63,393 bases of DNA from assembly GCA_015494585.1 (NCBI GenBank), contig WGAY01000031.1:1-63393 (forward strand), written 5' to 3'. Below are positions 36,352 through 45,421 of this stretch, piece after piece. Position 1 is the stretch's first letter. Each line of letters begins with the position of its first letter. The notes beneath the pieces were generated by a model that was not told the origin of the DNA, ran no database searches, and saw only the letters and a program-made list of their open reading frames with translations. A program made the position numbers and the translations under genes. Origin of the DNA: Candidatus Omnitrophota bacterium. Lineage in GTDB: Bacteria; Omnitrophota; Gorgyraeia; S143-82.

Positions 36352-37799
36352 TATTCCTGACCCTCCTCCTCTCCTTCCAGATATTCTCGCAGAACATCCG
36401 CGGCCAGATCATAATTCTCCCCCACCACCTCTCCTATATCAGGTTCTCGTGGTCTTCTATTAGTAGTTGCCTTTACCGGTGCAGGAGGAGAGGGCAAAGA
36501 ACGAGATATAGACTTAATCGTGTTCTGTATGACCATAATACCTATCAATAATAGCACCAGGCCACCAGCATACTTACCCACCTGAGCAGCCATTGCCATC
36601 ATTTGATCCCTTGAAGCCTGACTCTTCTCTTCCTTTAGGGCAGTTTTGTCAAAGGCTATCTCGCTTACTGTAATAGTATCCCCCCTCTTCTCATCCAGTC
36701 CCACTGCCTGAGCTACCAGATCTTTTAATTTGTTTATCTCCTCTTCAGATCTAGACACATACTGTTTTTTACCATCCTTTACCTCGCTCTTTTGGTCCAC
36801 AACCACTGCCACTGCCAGGCGCTTTATATTTCCGCTGGACTCAACTATATGCGCCACTGTCTTGCCAATTTCATAATTGGTTATCGTATGTTCCTTATTC
36901 CCCTGTCCATCTGCAGAGGGCATAACCTCTTTACTAGTCTCCTCACTACGTGGGACCAGGCCCTCAGGATCATACTTCTCTTCCGTTTTCTCTATACGCG
37001 TAAAGTCCAGGTCAGCATTGACCCGCACCACGACCTTACCAGGGCCCAAGACACCGGAAAGCATAGAACTTGCCTTGTTCTCAAGATATTTTTCAACGCT
37101 TCTCTTTATATCCAGTTGGCTATCCGAAAGACCGGTCGAAGTGTCCATCCCGCCATAAAGAAGTGTCCCATAACTGTCTACTACAGTAACATTTTCAGGC
37201 GAAAGCCCTTCCACAGAGCTGGCCACAAGGTGCACAATTCCTCGGAGTTGCTGTTTCGATATTCCGCTTCCATTAATAACAACAGAAGCCGTAGCCGGAG
37301 TCCTATCCTCTGAAAATAATTCCCTCTTGGGCAAGACCAGGTGCACACGCGCATCCCGTATCCCCTTTATAGTAGAGATACTGCGGGCAAGTTCTCCCTC
37401 AAGGGCGCGCTTGTAATTTATCTGCTGAAGGTAGTTGGACATAGTGAGGGGCGACTCCTTGTCGAATATCTCATAACCCGTCCCCCTTCCCTCGGGCAGG
37501 CCTTCTGAAGCAAGGGCAAGCCGCGCCTCATAAACATATTTACTAGGAACCATTATCACATTGCCCTTTACCTTTACCGGAATATTCATCTCATCGAGTT
37601 TCTGGCGCACTGCAGCTGCATCAGACATATCTAGGTTGGCATAGAGTACCGTAAAGTCTGGCTGGGACAACCAGATTACCATCGCAACAATAACAATAAT
37701 AGATGAGAAAAAGACAAGCCCAATACTCACCTTTTGCGCTGAGCTCATCTTTGAAAAGGCCAGGCCAAACTGCTTCACTATCTTTATTAATTCGTTCAT
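36351..37799 (-). CDS. fliF: flagellar MS-ring protein FliF (short form, 482 aa)
   Basis: N-terminal TM, YscJ/FliF ring-building motifs (RALEGELARSI, ARVHLVLP), and a C-terminal TM. Confidence 0.92.
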   Translation of the reverse strand: MNELIKIVKQFGLAFSKMSSAQKVSIGLVFFSSIIVIVAMVIWLSQPDFTVLYANLDMSDAAAVRQKLDEMNIPVKVKGNVIMVPSKYVYEARLALASEGLPEGRGTGYEIFDKESPLTMSNYLQQINYKRALEGELARSISTIKGIRDARVHLVLPKRELFSEDRTPATASVVINGSGISKQQLRGIVHLVASSVEGLSPENVTVVDSYGTLLYGGMDTSTGLSDSQLDIKRSVEKYLENKASSMLSGVLGPGKVVVRVNADLDFTRIEKTEEKYDPEGLVPRSEETSKEVMPSADGQGNKEHTITNYEIGKTVAHIVESSGNIKRLAVAVVVDQKSEVKDGKKQYVSRSEEEINKLKDLVAQAVGLDEKRGDTITVSEIAFDKTALKEEKSQASRDQMMAMAAQVGKYAGGLVLLLIGIMVIQNTIKSISRSLPSPPAPVKATTNRRPREPDIGEVVGENYDLAADVLREYLEGEEEGQE

Positions 37800-37805
37800 A
37801 TATTA

Positions 37806-38090
37806 CATAATCCGGATTATATACTATAATTCTCCTTTAATCACCCTGCCAATCAACAACTCATTTTCTTATCCAAATAAAACTCAAATCTAAAATCTCA
37901 AAACCATGGCTTAAAACTTAATTTTTTTATTTTTATCCTCTCTTCTCCTTCTTTCTATCGAAGCTGACCTTCCAGTTCTTGTAATCAGTTTTCGCCTTCC
38001 TTGACTCTGCTTCTTCTAAATTCTATATTAAAAACAGTTTTGAGCTTTTAGTTATGGTTTTTAGTTTTTACTTCCGCGTTTTTAGTTTTA
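37806..38090. repeat. structured intergenic repeat, copy B
   Basis: A-rich arm at 37880-37919 and T-rich arm at 38035-38090. The flank cataatccggattat...ccaatcaacaactcattttct matches the reverse complement of the right flank of copy C. Confidence 0.7.
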
Positions 38091-38095
38091 TATCG

Positions 38096-38392
38096 TCACA
38101 TCTGCAGTCTCATCAACTCCTGATATGCATCCAGCAATTTATTTCTTATCTGCATCATCGTCATAAAGGCAAGATTTGCCTCCTCGACCGCCACAAGTAC
38201 TTCGTGTAGATCCTTGACCTCTCCCTTCGACAACTTCTCCATAGCGGCTTCTGCATTCAACTGCAGTTCGTTGACCTTTCCAATACTCTCTTTCAAGACA
38301 TCTGCAAAGTCTATCTCAGGTTTGCCACCCGGCTTGGAAGCCGCCCCTGGCATACCAGCTATATTGTTTATTCCTACCTTATCAATGGCCAT
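38096..38392 (-). CDS. fliE: flagellar hook-basal body protein FliE
   Basis: The C-terminus VAVEEANLAFMTMMQIRNKLLDAYQELMRLQM is FliE-typical. Confidence 0.9.
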   Translation of the reverse strand: MAIDKVGINNIAGMPGAASKPGGKPEIDFADVLKESIGKVNELQLNAEAAMEKLSKGEVKDLHEVLVAVEEANLAFMTMMQIRNKLLDAYQELMRLQM

Positions 38393-38407
38393 AACTAACC
38401 ATTCCCA

Positions 38408-38806
38408 TTATCTCAATATGTCCAGCGTCCGCATCATATCCTGTTTCTGAAGGTTAAACGCCGCAACATTGGCCTCATAAGAGCGAGAGGCCGTTATCAT
38501 CTTCGTCCATTCCTCCACGAGATTTATATCCGGATAACGCACATAACCGTCCGTGTCTGCATCCGGATGATCTGGATCATAAACAAGCCTATAACTGTTG
38601 CGTTCAACTAGACCTACCACCCTGACCCCTGCAAGTCCCTTATTCGACTGTAAGACTACCTCTTGCTTCTTGTACGGCCCCCCTTGTTCTGTCCTGGTGG
38701 TGTTTATATTAGCAAGGTTATTGGAAATCACCTCCATACGACGTTTTTCGGCCCGCATACCACTTTCAGAGATATTCATCCCCGAAAATATCCTACTCAC
38801 ATTCAT
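38408..38806 (-). CDS. flgC: flagellar proximal rod protein FlgC
   Basis: GMRAEKRRMEVISNNLANINTTRT...GPYKKQ...YPDINLVEEWTKMITASRSYEANV. Confidence 0.93.
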   Translation of the reverse strand: MNVSRIFSGMNISESGMRAEKRRMEVISNNLANINTTRTEQGGPYKKQEVVLQSNKGLAGVRVVGLVERNSYRLVYDPDHPDADTDGYVRYPDINLVEEWTKMITASRSYEANVAAFNLQKQDMMRTLDILR

Positions 38807-38825
38807 ATCAACCCCTCAGCTTAAA

Positions 38826-39203
38826 TTAATCCACCCTTTCACTGATTATCTTCGAGAACAAATCAAAACGATTGCGCAGTAACTCTACCATCGTCTGGTA
38901 TTCCATGGAATTCTCAGTCATCCTAACAACTTCTTCATCCAACTCTACAGGCCTGCCAGTATCGCGTAGCGAGGCGCCCTGTCTTATATTCACCGGCCGA
39001 GAAGCTATGTGTCCAGGGTGCGTACGCCTTAATTCCAATTTCATCTGTTCTCCCTTCAAAATCGAAGGAAAATCCAATCGCTTGGCTGTATAAGAAGGGA
39101 CATTAACATTAGCAATATTGTTTGAGATAACACGGCTGGCCTGCCGTAGCAGACCCATCCTGTCGACTAGTTTTGATTCTATTCCCCTAACAAATATACC
39201 CAC
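38826..39203 (-). CDS. flgB: flagellar proximal rod protein FlgB
   Basis: RVISNNIANVNVPSYTAKRLDF and a C-terminal MEYQTMVELLRNRF. GTG start with AGGAG 7 nt upstream. Confidence 0.9.
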   Translation of the reverse strand: MGIFVRGIESKLVDRMGLLRQASRVISNNIANVNVPSYTAKRLDFPSILKGEQMKLELRRTHPGHIASRPVNIRQGASLRDTGRPVELDEEVVRMTENSMEYQTMVELLRNRFDLFSKIISERVD

Positions 39204-39223
39204 GCCCTACTCCTATGCAAAAA

Positions 39224-40417
39224 TCATACCAACGCCCCTTGACCAGCATAAGAAAACATAATCTGTTCCTTCTCTATTATATCACCATCGCAGAGAATCG
39301 CCGCCCTTAATATACAATTTTCAAGCTCCCTGACATTGCCAGGCCAGCTGTATTCCATCAGCAAGCTCATTGCAGGATCCGATATCGCCCTTATGCTCTT
39401 ACCAATACGCTTGTTAAATTTCGCTAGAAAATGCCTCGCCAATAGGGGAATATCATCTCGTCTCTCACGCAAGGGTGGTATATACAGAGGCAGGACATTG
39501 AGTCGAAAGAACAAATCTTCCCTAAATCTACCCTCTTTGACCTCTTTGGCCAGGTTGCGATTCGTCGTGGCTATAACCCGTGTATCGACCTTTACGGTCT
39601 GTCTACCTCCCAACCTGTCTATCTCCTTCTCCTGAAGCACGCGCAATAGCTTTGCTTGCAGGTGCAATGGCATTTCACCTATCTCGTCTAGTAGTATCGT
39701 TCCCTTATCTGCCAGCTCAAACTTGCCAGGTTTACTGGCCACCGCCCCTGTAAAGGCCCCCTTTTCATAACCAAAAAGCTCACTCTCCATTAAAGTCTCT
39801 GGTATAGCTGCGCAGTTCATGCGTATATAAGGAAACTCTCGCCGATTACTAATAGTATGGATGGCCCTTGCAAAGAGCTCCTTTCCGGTTCCGCTTTCTC
39901 CTTGGATAAGCACAGTAACATCACTATTTGCCACCCGTTCTATCATACGCATAAGGGCCTTCATCTTTTCATCCTCACCTATAATCGTAAAATCAACCGG
40001 ACTATTCTCCTGTTTTATAACCTCTCGCAATTTGTGATTTTCCCTTCTCAACCGCCTATCCTCTAAGGCCCGTTTGACTAATAACTCTATTTCATCTGCT
40101 GAAAACGGTTTCATTATGTAGTCAAAGGCCCCCTTCTTCATGGCATCCACGGCCGTCTCTACCGTAGCATAGGCGGTTATCATTATAACGGGCATATCCT
40201 TGCCCATTTCATAGATCCTGTCCAATAACTCTACCCCAGACATAGATGGCATTTTCAGGTCCGTAATGACCAGATCCACCTCCTCCTTCTCCAAAATCTT
40301 CAAGGCCTTGCTTCCCCTATCAGCGGTCTTTACCCTATATCCAGCCGCCCTTAACACCATCTTCAGGGACTGCAACACCAGATCATCGTCATCGACTATC
40401 AAGATAACGGCAGGCAT
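39224..40417 (-). CDS. flgR: sigma-54-dependent response regulator (REC + AAA+) without a C-terminal DNA-binding domain, FlgR-like
   Basis: REC domain (MPAVILIVDDDD...DLVITDLKMP). AAA+ domain with GESGTGKE, GAFTGA and the RFREDLFFRLN R-finger region. The protein ends ~25 aa after NVRELEN, with no Fis-type HTH. The ATG at 40417 has an SD; the ORF-track start at 40492 is an extension. Confidence 0.85.
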   Translation of the reverse strand: MPAVILIVDDDDLVLQSLKMVLRAAGYRVKTADRGSKALKILEKEEVDLVITDLKMPSMSGVELLDRIYEMGKDMPVIMITAYATVETAVDAMKKGAFDYIMKPFSADEIELLVKRALEDRRLRRENHKLREVIKQENSPVDFTIIGEDEKMKALMRMIERVANSDVTVLIQGESGTGKELFARAIHTISNRREFPYIRMNCAAIPETLMESELFGYEKGAFTGAVASKPGKFELADKGTILLDEIGEMPLHLQAKLLRVLQEKEIDRLGGRQTVKVDTRVIATTNRNLAKEVKEGRFREDLFFRLNVLPLYIPPLRERRDDIPLLARHFLAKFNKRIGKSIRAISDPAMSLLMEYSWPGNVRELENCILRAAILCDGDIIEKEQIMFSYAGQGALV

Positions 40418-41223
40418 ATAGACACCTTCCCCCCTTTTTCTGTGTTTTCTAGAATCAATCGCCCTCCATGGGCCTCTACAATTCGATTGCATATGGCAAG
40501 CCCCAGACCAGTTCCAGTCGTTTTTGTGGTAAAAAACGGCTCCAGGGCCCTTTCTAAAGCGCTTTCAGAAAATCCAGGCCCTTCATCTTCAACACTTATC
40601 CACATCTCATCCTGGGTTTTCCACAGGTTTATCCACAGTTTTCCACCTTCCTTGGAGACATCTATGGCATTATCCAAGACATTGACAAAAACCCTCTCCA
40701 TATAGCCCTTGTCTATCATTATATACCCATCTTCCACTGAAAGGCCAGATTGAATCTTAACCTTTAGTCTCTTTTCCTCTAATCTATGGGACAAAGAAGA
40801 AACCGTAGACAAAATCAATTCTTTTATATCCGTTCTAGACATCTTTAAAGAAATCTCTTGGGCAAAGGAGAGGATATCACTTATTATGATATCCAACCTC
40901 TTTATCCCCTTATGGATATTATCCAACAATTCCCTCTGATACCCATCAAGGCCCTGACGTTTAAGGACAGAGACAGAAAGCTCCATACCGGCAAGGGGAT
41001 TTCGTATCTCATGGGCAAGCATAGCCGCAACCTCTCCTATCGCCGCCAGTCTTCTGGAACGCTCCAGCTCCCTGCTTAACTCTACTATCCTGGCCTCCAG
41101 GGCGCTAAAATAGGCCACCAGCTCAGAACCAGTACGGGAAAAGACCTCAAAGGCCCTCACGAGCTCCTCTCTGCTCATCGCATCCAGTTTCTTACTGTCT
41201 ACGGTCAACAAATCTGGCCTCAT
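40399..41223 (-). CDS. flgS: cytoplasmic histidine kinase, FlgS-like
   Basis: No TM segment. H-box MLAHEIRNPLAGM, N-box NVLDNAIDV, G1 DEGPGF, G2 GTGLGLAIC. Overlaps the downstream regulator gene. Confidence 0.8.
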   Translation of the reverse strand: MRPDLLTVDSKKLDAMSREELVRAFEVFSRTGSELVAYFSALEARIVELSRELERSRRLAAIGEVAAMLAHEIRNPLAGMELSVSVLKRQGLDGYQRELLDNIHKGIKRLDIIISDILSFAQEISLKMSRTDIKELILSTVSSLSHRLEEKRLKVKIQSGLSVEDGYIMIDKGYMERVFVNVLDNAIDVSKEGGKLWINLWKTQDEMWISVEDEGPGFSESALERALEPFFTTKTTGTGLGLAICNRIVEAHGGRLILENTEKGGKVSICLPLS

Positions 41224-41635
41224 TTCTCCCCTTTTTCATATAATAGGCCTTCACTGCCTTTTTACCAAATGAAACATGGGAAAGTTGTCTTTCTATATCG
41301 TCTTTATTCTGTTTTACACCGTCGGTTATAAGCCCCTCCAATTCCAAGAGTTCTTCCAATACTGCCTCTATTTTATCAAACAACTCTTCTATTACCGTGC
41401 TTTCTTCTTCCTGCAATCTCTCCTTGTTTTTTTTCCACCAATCCTTTAGTCCGACAATCCCATCTTCTATAGACTGTATCTCTATCATAAGGGTCTGTTT
41501 ATCCCTCAGGGAAGAAAAGAGAAATTCCACATCTCCCACTCTCTCCTTCTGTTGCACAGAGATCTGGCGCATCTTCAAGTAGGCCTCTAATTCCTTCTCC
41601 AATGCCTGTTTTAGGGCAACAATCTCTTTTCTCAT
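41192..41635 (-). CDS. FlgN-like helical protein (putative flagellar chaperone)
   Basis: 147-aa all-helical protein. Its heptad pattern and C-terminal KAVKAYY...FVD tail recall FlgN/YvyG. The call rests on weak similarity only. Confidence 0.4.
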   Translation of the reverse strand: MRKEIVALKQALEKELEAYLKMRQISVQQKERVGDVEFLFSSLRDKQTLMIEIQSIEDGIVGLKDWWKKNKERLQEEESTVIEELFDKIEAVLEELLELEGLITDGVKQNKDDIERQLSHVSFGKKAVKAYYMKKGRNEARFVDRRQ

Positions 41636-44600
41636 TTCGTAACTTCCTGTAAAAGGTTCTCCGCCCTGTTTAGTTTTTCCATAACCTGCATCTCATTCCT
41701 CTGCCAGTCCGCCTCCTTTGCCCAGGTACTGTTGGGATACTCTGTTATCACCTTGCTAAAATAAAGATTCGCCTTATCCATCAACCCCATCGATTTATAG
41801 CACATCCCTATCTGAAACAATATCCAATCAGGCAAAGGCCTTTTTACATTTTTATAGATAGACTCTATCTTCTTATACACCTTTATAGCCACCTCATAGG
41901 CACCCATTCGATAGTGAGTATCGGCTATCTTTGTCATAGCCTCAAGTATCCTATCAAACCCCTCCTCTGGTCTGCGCCCTATAGCCAGAACATAATATCC
42001 CTTGCCTTTTTTCTTTATCCTGGCCTTATAATACCTCATTATCCTATCCATATACTTGGCATATAACTTTATCGCCGAGCCAAATTGTTTATCCTCCAGA
42101 AGCGCGTCGGCCTGTCTTTTCAACAACTCCGTAGAACGCCACCAATCAGTTGTCAGGGCCCGGGCGTTTGCAAGGGCATCAAAGGCATCTTTATATCTCT
42201 GAGTCTTCATATATATCCTACCCAGACCTATCCAGGCCAAAGACTTCGTGTTCCTATCGAGAAGAAACTTATTATTCACGATACGCTGATACTGGTCTAT
42301 CGCCGACTGAATCTCGCCTATCTCCTCATAGGTCCGGCCCAGCATATACCTGCACTTGAACCTCCAGGCACTCAGAGGTGAATTTGTAATGGCGTCCTTA
42401 AAACTACCTATGGCCTTTGCATAATCCCCATCGTAAAAGTATGCCAGGCTCAACATATACATAATCTTTCCCTTGTCTAGGTCTTTTGATTTCCTAAATT
42501 CCGTCATTATCGAAACATAAGCCCCAATGGCCTCTTTATACTTCTTCCCTTTAAGCAAGGCATTTGCACGAGATATGGCAACCTCCAATCGACTAGTCTT
42601 GTCTTGTGGCCTCAACATCTTTAGAAGCTCTGCATATTGATCTACGGCATCTTTGTACTTGTGTTCTAGCTCTAATATCCTAGCAAGCCTCCACTTCACT
42701 AGGGCAATATCCCTATAGTCGTCAAACTTATCTAAAATATACCTAAGCCATCGCTCTGCCTCGGAAAACCTCCCCTCTCTTGCGAGGGCAATAGCCAATA
42801 GGTATATGCTATCCGGCAGGCGCTTCCAGTTATAAAACCGCTCTTTCAATCTGTACAACAACTCCACTGCGCTCTTGTTATCACCCATTTCAATATAGAG
42901 CTGCGCCGCCCTATACATCGCCTGGGCCGATAATTTATGATATTTAAATTTCTTCGCAAGTTCCAAATAGGTTTTGAGGGCAGATCTTTCATCGCCCTTT
43001 AACTCATATGCCTTGGCCTTCCTAAACAACAACGCTGCTAACAAGTCTTTAGGCAATTTATGTTCGGCATCTGAATAGGCCTTTATTGCGCTGTCTATCT
43101 CCCGCATCTTTATCAAGGCATCGGCATACATAAACAAGACCTCAGAAAGCTGATCACTGTGGCCATAGACCTCTATAAACTTAGGAGCAAGAGAGACCAG
43201 CTGCTTAAATCTGTTCATCTCAAAGAGGGCCTTGATACGATAGTAAAAGGCCTTTTCCACAAATTTATCGTCTCTTAACTCCTTTGTTGCCTCTGCGAAG
43301 GCCTTAACCGCTCCATCTAGATCCCCCTCCAGATATAGACTATAACCCACATAGAATTGAGCCTCGCTTTTATGCTTAGAAAAGTCGAACTCCTTCAAGA
43401 ATTCCTTATAATAAGAAACCGCTGATTTATACTTCTTTTGTTTAAACAAGGAATGGGCCATATAAAGAAGGGCCTTTTCTTTATTCAACATCTTTGGAGA
43501 ATTCTCATAAACATACTGGTAATATTCAAAGGCCTTTTGATAACGTTTATCGTTGGGTAGATCTATCCTTTTCGAATAGAAGGTCTCGGCCATATAAAGG
43601 GCCGCATCGTCCAGGAACTTGCTGTTTGGGAAGTCTTCCTTCAATTCTTCAAATAGGTCCTCAACTGCGGCATAATTGCCTTTCTCCAACATCCTGTACA
43701 TTATTGCAAACAGATCCGAATCCGTGTAGACAGGGCGTACCTCCTGAGGACCTTGGACTTGCCTGTTTGAACCTGCCCTGAAGACCCCTACCAACATCAA
43801 TATCAAAGAAATAATAGCTATCCCCAGTACAACATAGGCCAATATAAGGGTGATATCCCTCTTCTTCCCTCCTTGCTTATCATTCTCAGGGGCCAAAGAT
43901 TCAGGGGTCTCTACCGTTTCCACCAAAACCGGCTCTGATTCTGGCACCTCTATATCCACAGTAGGATCTACTATCTCTTCCTTTGCCTCTACTTTTATAG
44001 ACTGCTCTCCAATAGAAGTTTGATCTTCCTTTTTATCAGACGGAGACTCCTTCTCCATTAGTGAGGACTCAGGCGGTGCTGCCTCTCCCAACAGTGCGGC
44101 TCGTTCGTCCCCCATTCCCTCAGGGACTCCTTCGCCACCCGGAATTTCCTCTTGCACCGCCTTATCCTCTTCCCCCTGAATTTGAGCAGTATCTGCCTCT
44201 CGGTGCAGAGAGTCCTGCTCCTCTCCATCTTCTATCTTTGTTTCGATAGCCTCATCGCCCTTTTGGGTATTCTCTTCGGGTCTCCTCTCTTCCTGAAAAG
44301 ATTCCTGTTCTTCTCCCGTCTTTTCTGCCTTACCAGCCTCTTCTATTTCTTCTGATTCTTCTGAAACCCCTTGCCCTTCACCTGATTTCAAAGAACCATC
44401 TATATCTGAAACACCCTGGCTTGCTTCTTTATCTTCTGACTCCTCTCCCTTATCTCCTGGCCCCTCATCTTCGCTGTTTTCCCCTTCGTCCTTCTCCTCT
44501 ACCTCCGATGCATCTCCCTCTTTTTTTTCTTTTTTCGATTCGGGTTCGGGGATAACTACCTCTGCCTCATCAGAGATCTCCTCCTTTTTATCTTCCTCTT

Positions 44601-44907
44601 GCTCCTGACCTAGGTCTTTTCCCCCTTTTTCTATTTCGACTCCAGGACCTTCCACTCCTTCGTCTTTTTCCTCCTGTTGCCCTTCTTCCCTCTGAGACTC
44701 CTCATTCTTATCTTGGCCCTCTTCAGATCCAGAAGATGCCTGCTCCGATATATCCACCCCCATAAAATCCTTTACACTCGCGACCACTTCTGGTGTAACC
44801 TCTACCTCGTCGTCTGGCTCCAGCTCCTTGCCCAGAGCAAAACCAAGTGCACAGGCCAACTCGGTAATATCCAGATTGTGTTTCTCTGCAAGCTCTTTCA
44901 GCTTCAT
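41632..44907 (-). CDS. giant single-pass membrane protein: acidic low-complexity N-terminus, one TM, ~700-aa TPR array
   Basis: The first ~350 residues are E/K/G-rich, followed by the TM segment ITLILAYVVLGIAIISLILMLVGVF. After that come many TPR-like units ending in a YbgF/BamD-like ITEYPNSTWAKEADWQ. Translationally coupled on both sides. Confidence 0.75.
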   Translation of the reverse strand: MKLKELAEKHNLDITELACALGFALGKELEPDDEVEVTPEVVASVKDFMGVDISEQASSGSEEGQDKNEESQREEGQQEEKDEGVEGPGVEIEKGGKDLGQEQEEDKKEEISDEAEVVIPEPESKKEKKEGDASEVEEKDEGENSEDEGPGDKGEESEDKEASQGVSDIDGSLKSGEGQGVSEESEEIEEAGKAEKTGEEQESFQEERRPEENTQKGDEAIETKIEDGEEQDSLHREADTAQIQGEEDKAVQEEIPGGEGVPEGMGDERAALLGEAAPPESSLMEKESPSDKKEDQTSIGEQSIKVEAKEEIVDPTVDIEVPESEPVLVETVETPESLAPENDKQGGKKRDITLILAYVVLGIAIISLILMLVGVFRAGSNRQVQGPQEVRPVYTDSDLFAIMYRMLEKGNYAAVEDLFEELKEDFPNSKFLDDAALYMAETFYSKRIDLPNDKRYQKAFEYYQYVYENSPKMLNKEKALLYMAHSLFKQKKYKSAVSYYKEFLKEFDFSKHKSEAQFYVGYSLYLEGDLDGAVKAFAEATKELRDDKFVEKAFYYRIKALFEMNRFKQLVSLAPKFIEVYGHSDQLSEVLFMYADALIKMREIDSAIKAYSDAEHKLPKDLLAALLFRKAKAYELKGDERSALKTYLELAKKFKYHKLSAQAMYRAAQLYIEMGDNKSAVELLYRLKERFYNWKRLPDSIYLLAIALAREGRFSEAERWLRYILDKFDDYRDIALVKWRLARILELEHKYKDAVDQYAELLKMLRPQDKTSRLEVAISRANALLKGKKYKEAIGAYVSIMTEFRKSKDLDKGKIMYMLSLAYFYDGDYAKAIGSFKDAITNSPLSAWRFKCRYMLGRTYEEIGEIQSAIDQYQRIVNNKFLLDRNTKSLAWIGLGRIYMKTQRYKDAFDALANARALTTDWWRSTELLKRQADALLEDKQFGSAIKLYAKYMDRIMRYYKARIKKKGKGYYVLAIGRRPEEGFDRILEAMTKIADTHYRMGAYEVAIKVYKKIESIYKNVKRPLPDWILFQIGMCYKSMGLMDKANLYFSKVITEYPNSTWAKEADWQRNEMQVMEKLNRAENLLQEVTK

Positions 44908-45242
44908 ACCTGGCCATCTTTCCCTTCAACCTTCCCCACCTGTGAGTCCCCCTGGTCCCCATCCCGTCTGGGATATGGCATCTCTCGCTTCAATATTTGT
45001 TTTATATCCAACAGATTATGCCCCTGAGCCTTTAACTCCTTGATCCTCTTCAATCGGACAAACACATCTTCTGAATAGAGCCTGTGACCTGAAGGTGTTC
45101 TGGCGGCCTCTCGGATAAGGCCCAATTGAGTGTAGTTATGCAGGATCTGACGGGACAACCCGCTATAGTACATAACCTCGCCTATTTTATAGAGTTTCGG
45201 CGGTATTACTATCTCGTCCTTTTCCCTTTCTTCCCCCTCCAC
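44904..45242 (-). CDS. MerR-family HTH transcriptional regulator
   Basis: YKIGEVMYYSGLSRQILHNYTQLGLI...TPSGHRLYSEDVFVRLKRIKELK. GTG start with AGGGGAG upstream. Confidence 0.8.
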   Translation of the reverse strand: MEGEEREKDEIVIPPKLYKIGEVMYYSGLSRQILHNYTQLGLIREAARTPSGHRLYSEDVFVRLKRIKELKAQGHNLLDIKQILKREMPYPRRDGDQGDSQVGKVEGKDGQV

Positions 45243-45421
45243 AGGACTCCCCTTTACAGGTTATCAAGTGTAAAATACGACATAACAATTATGTTAGATA
45301 AATTGTATAAGAAAAAAGATAAAAAGTAAAGGAGAAAATAAAAAGTGATTTTTACAAAACGTAATTTATAAAATATAACAAGGTGCGGATATATAATTTT
45401 AATGATAGCTATAACGCTGGC

